Shown in pieces: positions 62,211 through 64,000 of a stretch of 64,000 nt of DNA. The position numbers were made by a program, and so were the translations under genes. Every line of letters begins with the position of its first letter. The stretch's first letter is position 1. The notes beneath the pieces are model-generated. The model was not told where the DNA came from. It saw only the letters and a program-made list of their open reading frames with translations, and searched no databases. Source of the stretch: Lepidodermella squamata (Eukaryota > Animalia > Gastrotricha); the NCBI GenBank assembly GCA_047495785.1, contig JBLDXI010000004.1:682001-746000 (forward strand), written 5' to 3'.

Positions 62211-64000
62211 GGTTATCCCCAAACTCGTCCAGACCAATTGTGCGAAGTAGGATCCGGGAGCTTGTTTTCTATCACCGAGCCGAAAAAAACCAAAGGGTCT
62301 CTCGTGTGGTTTTTCAGCCTTCCTCTTGCTGAAGTCCCGGACACCCCAGCAACCCTGTACTTTGTACCCTGACCAGACAAGACAACGAAATGAGAAATCT
62401 AATCTCAGGGGTTTTGAACCGTGTATTAAGGGAAAATCTTTTACATTTTCTTCCTTCGCCAGGTTTTCAGTCGAATTTTGGCAAAATCAGGAAAAAATAT
62501 TTCTTAGCAGCGCCGGGATCCATGATCGTACCCTGGAAATCCTTGAAAACATTGATCTAGTTTCCACGAGGGCGTCTAAATTTAATTTGATGTAGGGTCC
62601 GAATGCATTCAAGGTTGTGTCAAACTTCGAAGTGCCGAATTTCACACAAGACAGAGCGAGAAAGAGGTGTTTACGCGTTGCACCAGACGGGCGATTGGCA
62701 ATCATTGCTGACGAGGCAGATCGTCAAGCTGTATACACGTCGATGGTGAGTGAGAATGTTAAAAAAACCTACGTCGGTTTGAGGAAAACAAACGGCCAGT
62801 GGTTGTGGGGCGATGGTACCCCGTATGTTGGCATTCCACCATGGGGCTCGGGCAAGCCGGATGGTGCCAAGTTGGGCTATTGTGTTGGCCTGGCGGCTAT
62901 CGAATCAGGCTCATTGGTGTTGACGGACGGCTCTTGCGATGAGCCATCTGCCGAGGCAGCAGTCTGCGAGTCGAATATGATTCCCTAGTGACCACAGTGA
63001 CGCCTGGTGAAAACAAGAAATGAAAAGTAGCCGCTAATGTGTGACAGATGAGACTTGAGCTTATGTTTGCGACTGGTATGCCTGGTGCCTGGCTACGCCA
63101 ATAAAGAAATGTAAAGAGCTTATTGCGTTGAAATTGTATTTTCGTCTGATATTAAAATCTCTCAGAGAGCGAAGTGCCGCATGGGATGTTAGAAATCATG
63201 TTGTCGAATCTGCGCGAATGATGAAATCCCGAAGAATTTTCGATTTCACGGAACAAAATTCGCAAGTTATGACTCTTTTCAAGGATAACGATTCTCTTCC
63301 ATTGTTGCTCTCCACCAGTTCTGCTCAGGTTTTCGCATATTCACAAGCTTCAAAAACATACCTAATTTTTTTATTCACATACTTTTTTTGCGGAAAGAGA
63401 GCGGAGACAGGGAGAAAATAAGTTTTAAAGATTTGGTTGCTTTTGCTGTTGAACTTAACCGACTTCATAACTGAGCACCATCAGCTTTATTGTGATGAAT
63501 TTGAGATGAATCGTATTTGCCTTCACATTTTCTTGGCAAGACTCATCGAACAATTTTTTATGGTTGTAATCGGAGCAGGGGATATTTTCAAGGTGCGGTA
63601 TATTAATGATCCATCACAAATTTCCCAGAAAAAGGCTAAATAGTGCCAACGCCGCTGTTGTTTTATTTTTTATTGGACCGAAATATGATGAAGGGAGGAT
63701 AAGCAAAGCTTATTTTTGTGTAAATTCAAGTAATATACGATCGGACCACGTTATCAGCCATAAATCAGTAATACTGGACGAATATTTGAAAATGAATGGT
63801 CTGGACCCTGACCACAGCCTCTCCCACTTCGCCCTTCCTGCCTTTATTGGGGTAACACTTATAATTTATAATATTATGCCCAGCCCAAGTTGAGCAACAG
63901 ACTTATGGGGTGGTTATTAAGATTTTGTTATTTTTTTACTCGCGCTCCGAGTGACGGGGTAGTAGTTAGAGGTGCGGTATATTTATGATAAAACGGAAAG

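Larger units (their letters stand above)
58700..62988 (+). pseudogene. Divergent family member with two CTLDs (5' end lost)
   Basis: Cys-rich exons at ~58710, ~58811, ~59395, 61027; CTLD1 (WVGL..KWIDGS) frameshifted at ~61215-61250; CTLD2 62596-62988 intact (YVGL..WLWGDG..W..GKPD..CV..C...AVCE). Confidence 0.7.

Noticed and set aside
63128-63893. Short ORFs at the window end
   Set aside because: No recognisable motifs or consistent exon structure

Overview
Eukaryotic (invertebrate-like: AT-rich, short GT-AG introns) window dominated by nested mobile DNA next to a decaying lectin gene cluster. (1) 288-5159: GC-rich Penelope-like retroelement (PLE) on the minus strand. It has a 1040-aa RT ORF with no recognisable endonuclease, a second zinc-finger ORF, ~290-bp pseudo-LTRs and a 162-bp target duplication. 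(2) 12580-49024: one Ty3/Gypsy LTR element (LTR-A, TSD TATT) inflated to 36.4 kb by two insertions. The first is a 23,262-bp DNA transposon (13596-36857) with perfect 22-bp TIRs and a 2-bp TSD that splits gag. It encodes an intron-containing RAG1/Transib-like DDE transposase plus cargo: a PARP1-type PADR1 exon, a piggyBac-type Cys-rich domain gene, small orphan ORFs, a nested PIF/Harbinger and a hAT MITE. The second is a young Gypsy provirus (LTR-B, 39362-47298) with gag, pro, pol, env-like and an extra orphan ORF, inserted in an inverted piece of LTR-A pol. (3) ~49400-63000: tandem array of secreted Cys-rich-repeat + C-type-lectin genes, apparently all disrupted, with hAT MITEs in introns. 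The best candidates for an undescribed system are the giant cargo-carrying RAG1-like transposon and the endonuclease-less PLE with a very long target duplication. All domain calls are by-eye motif recognition; no searches were run.
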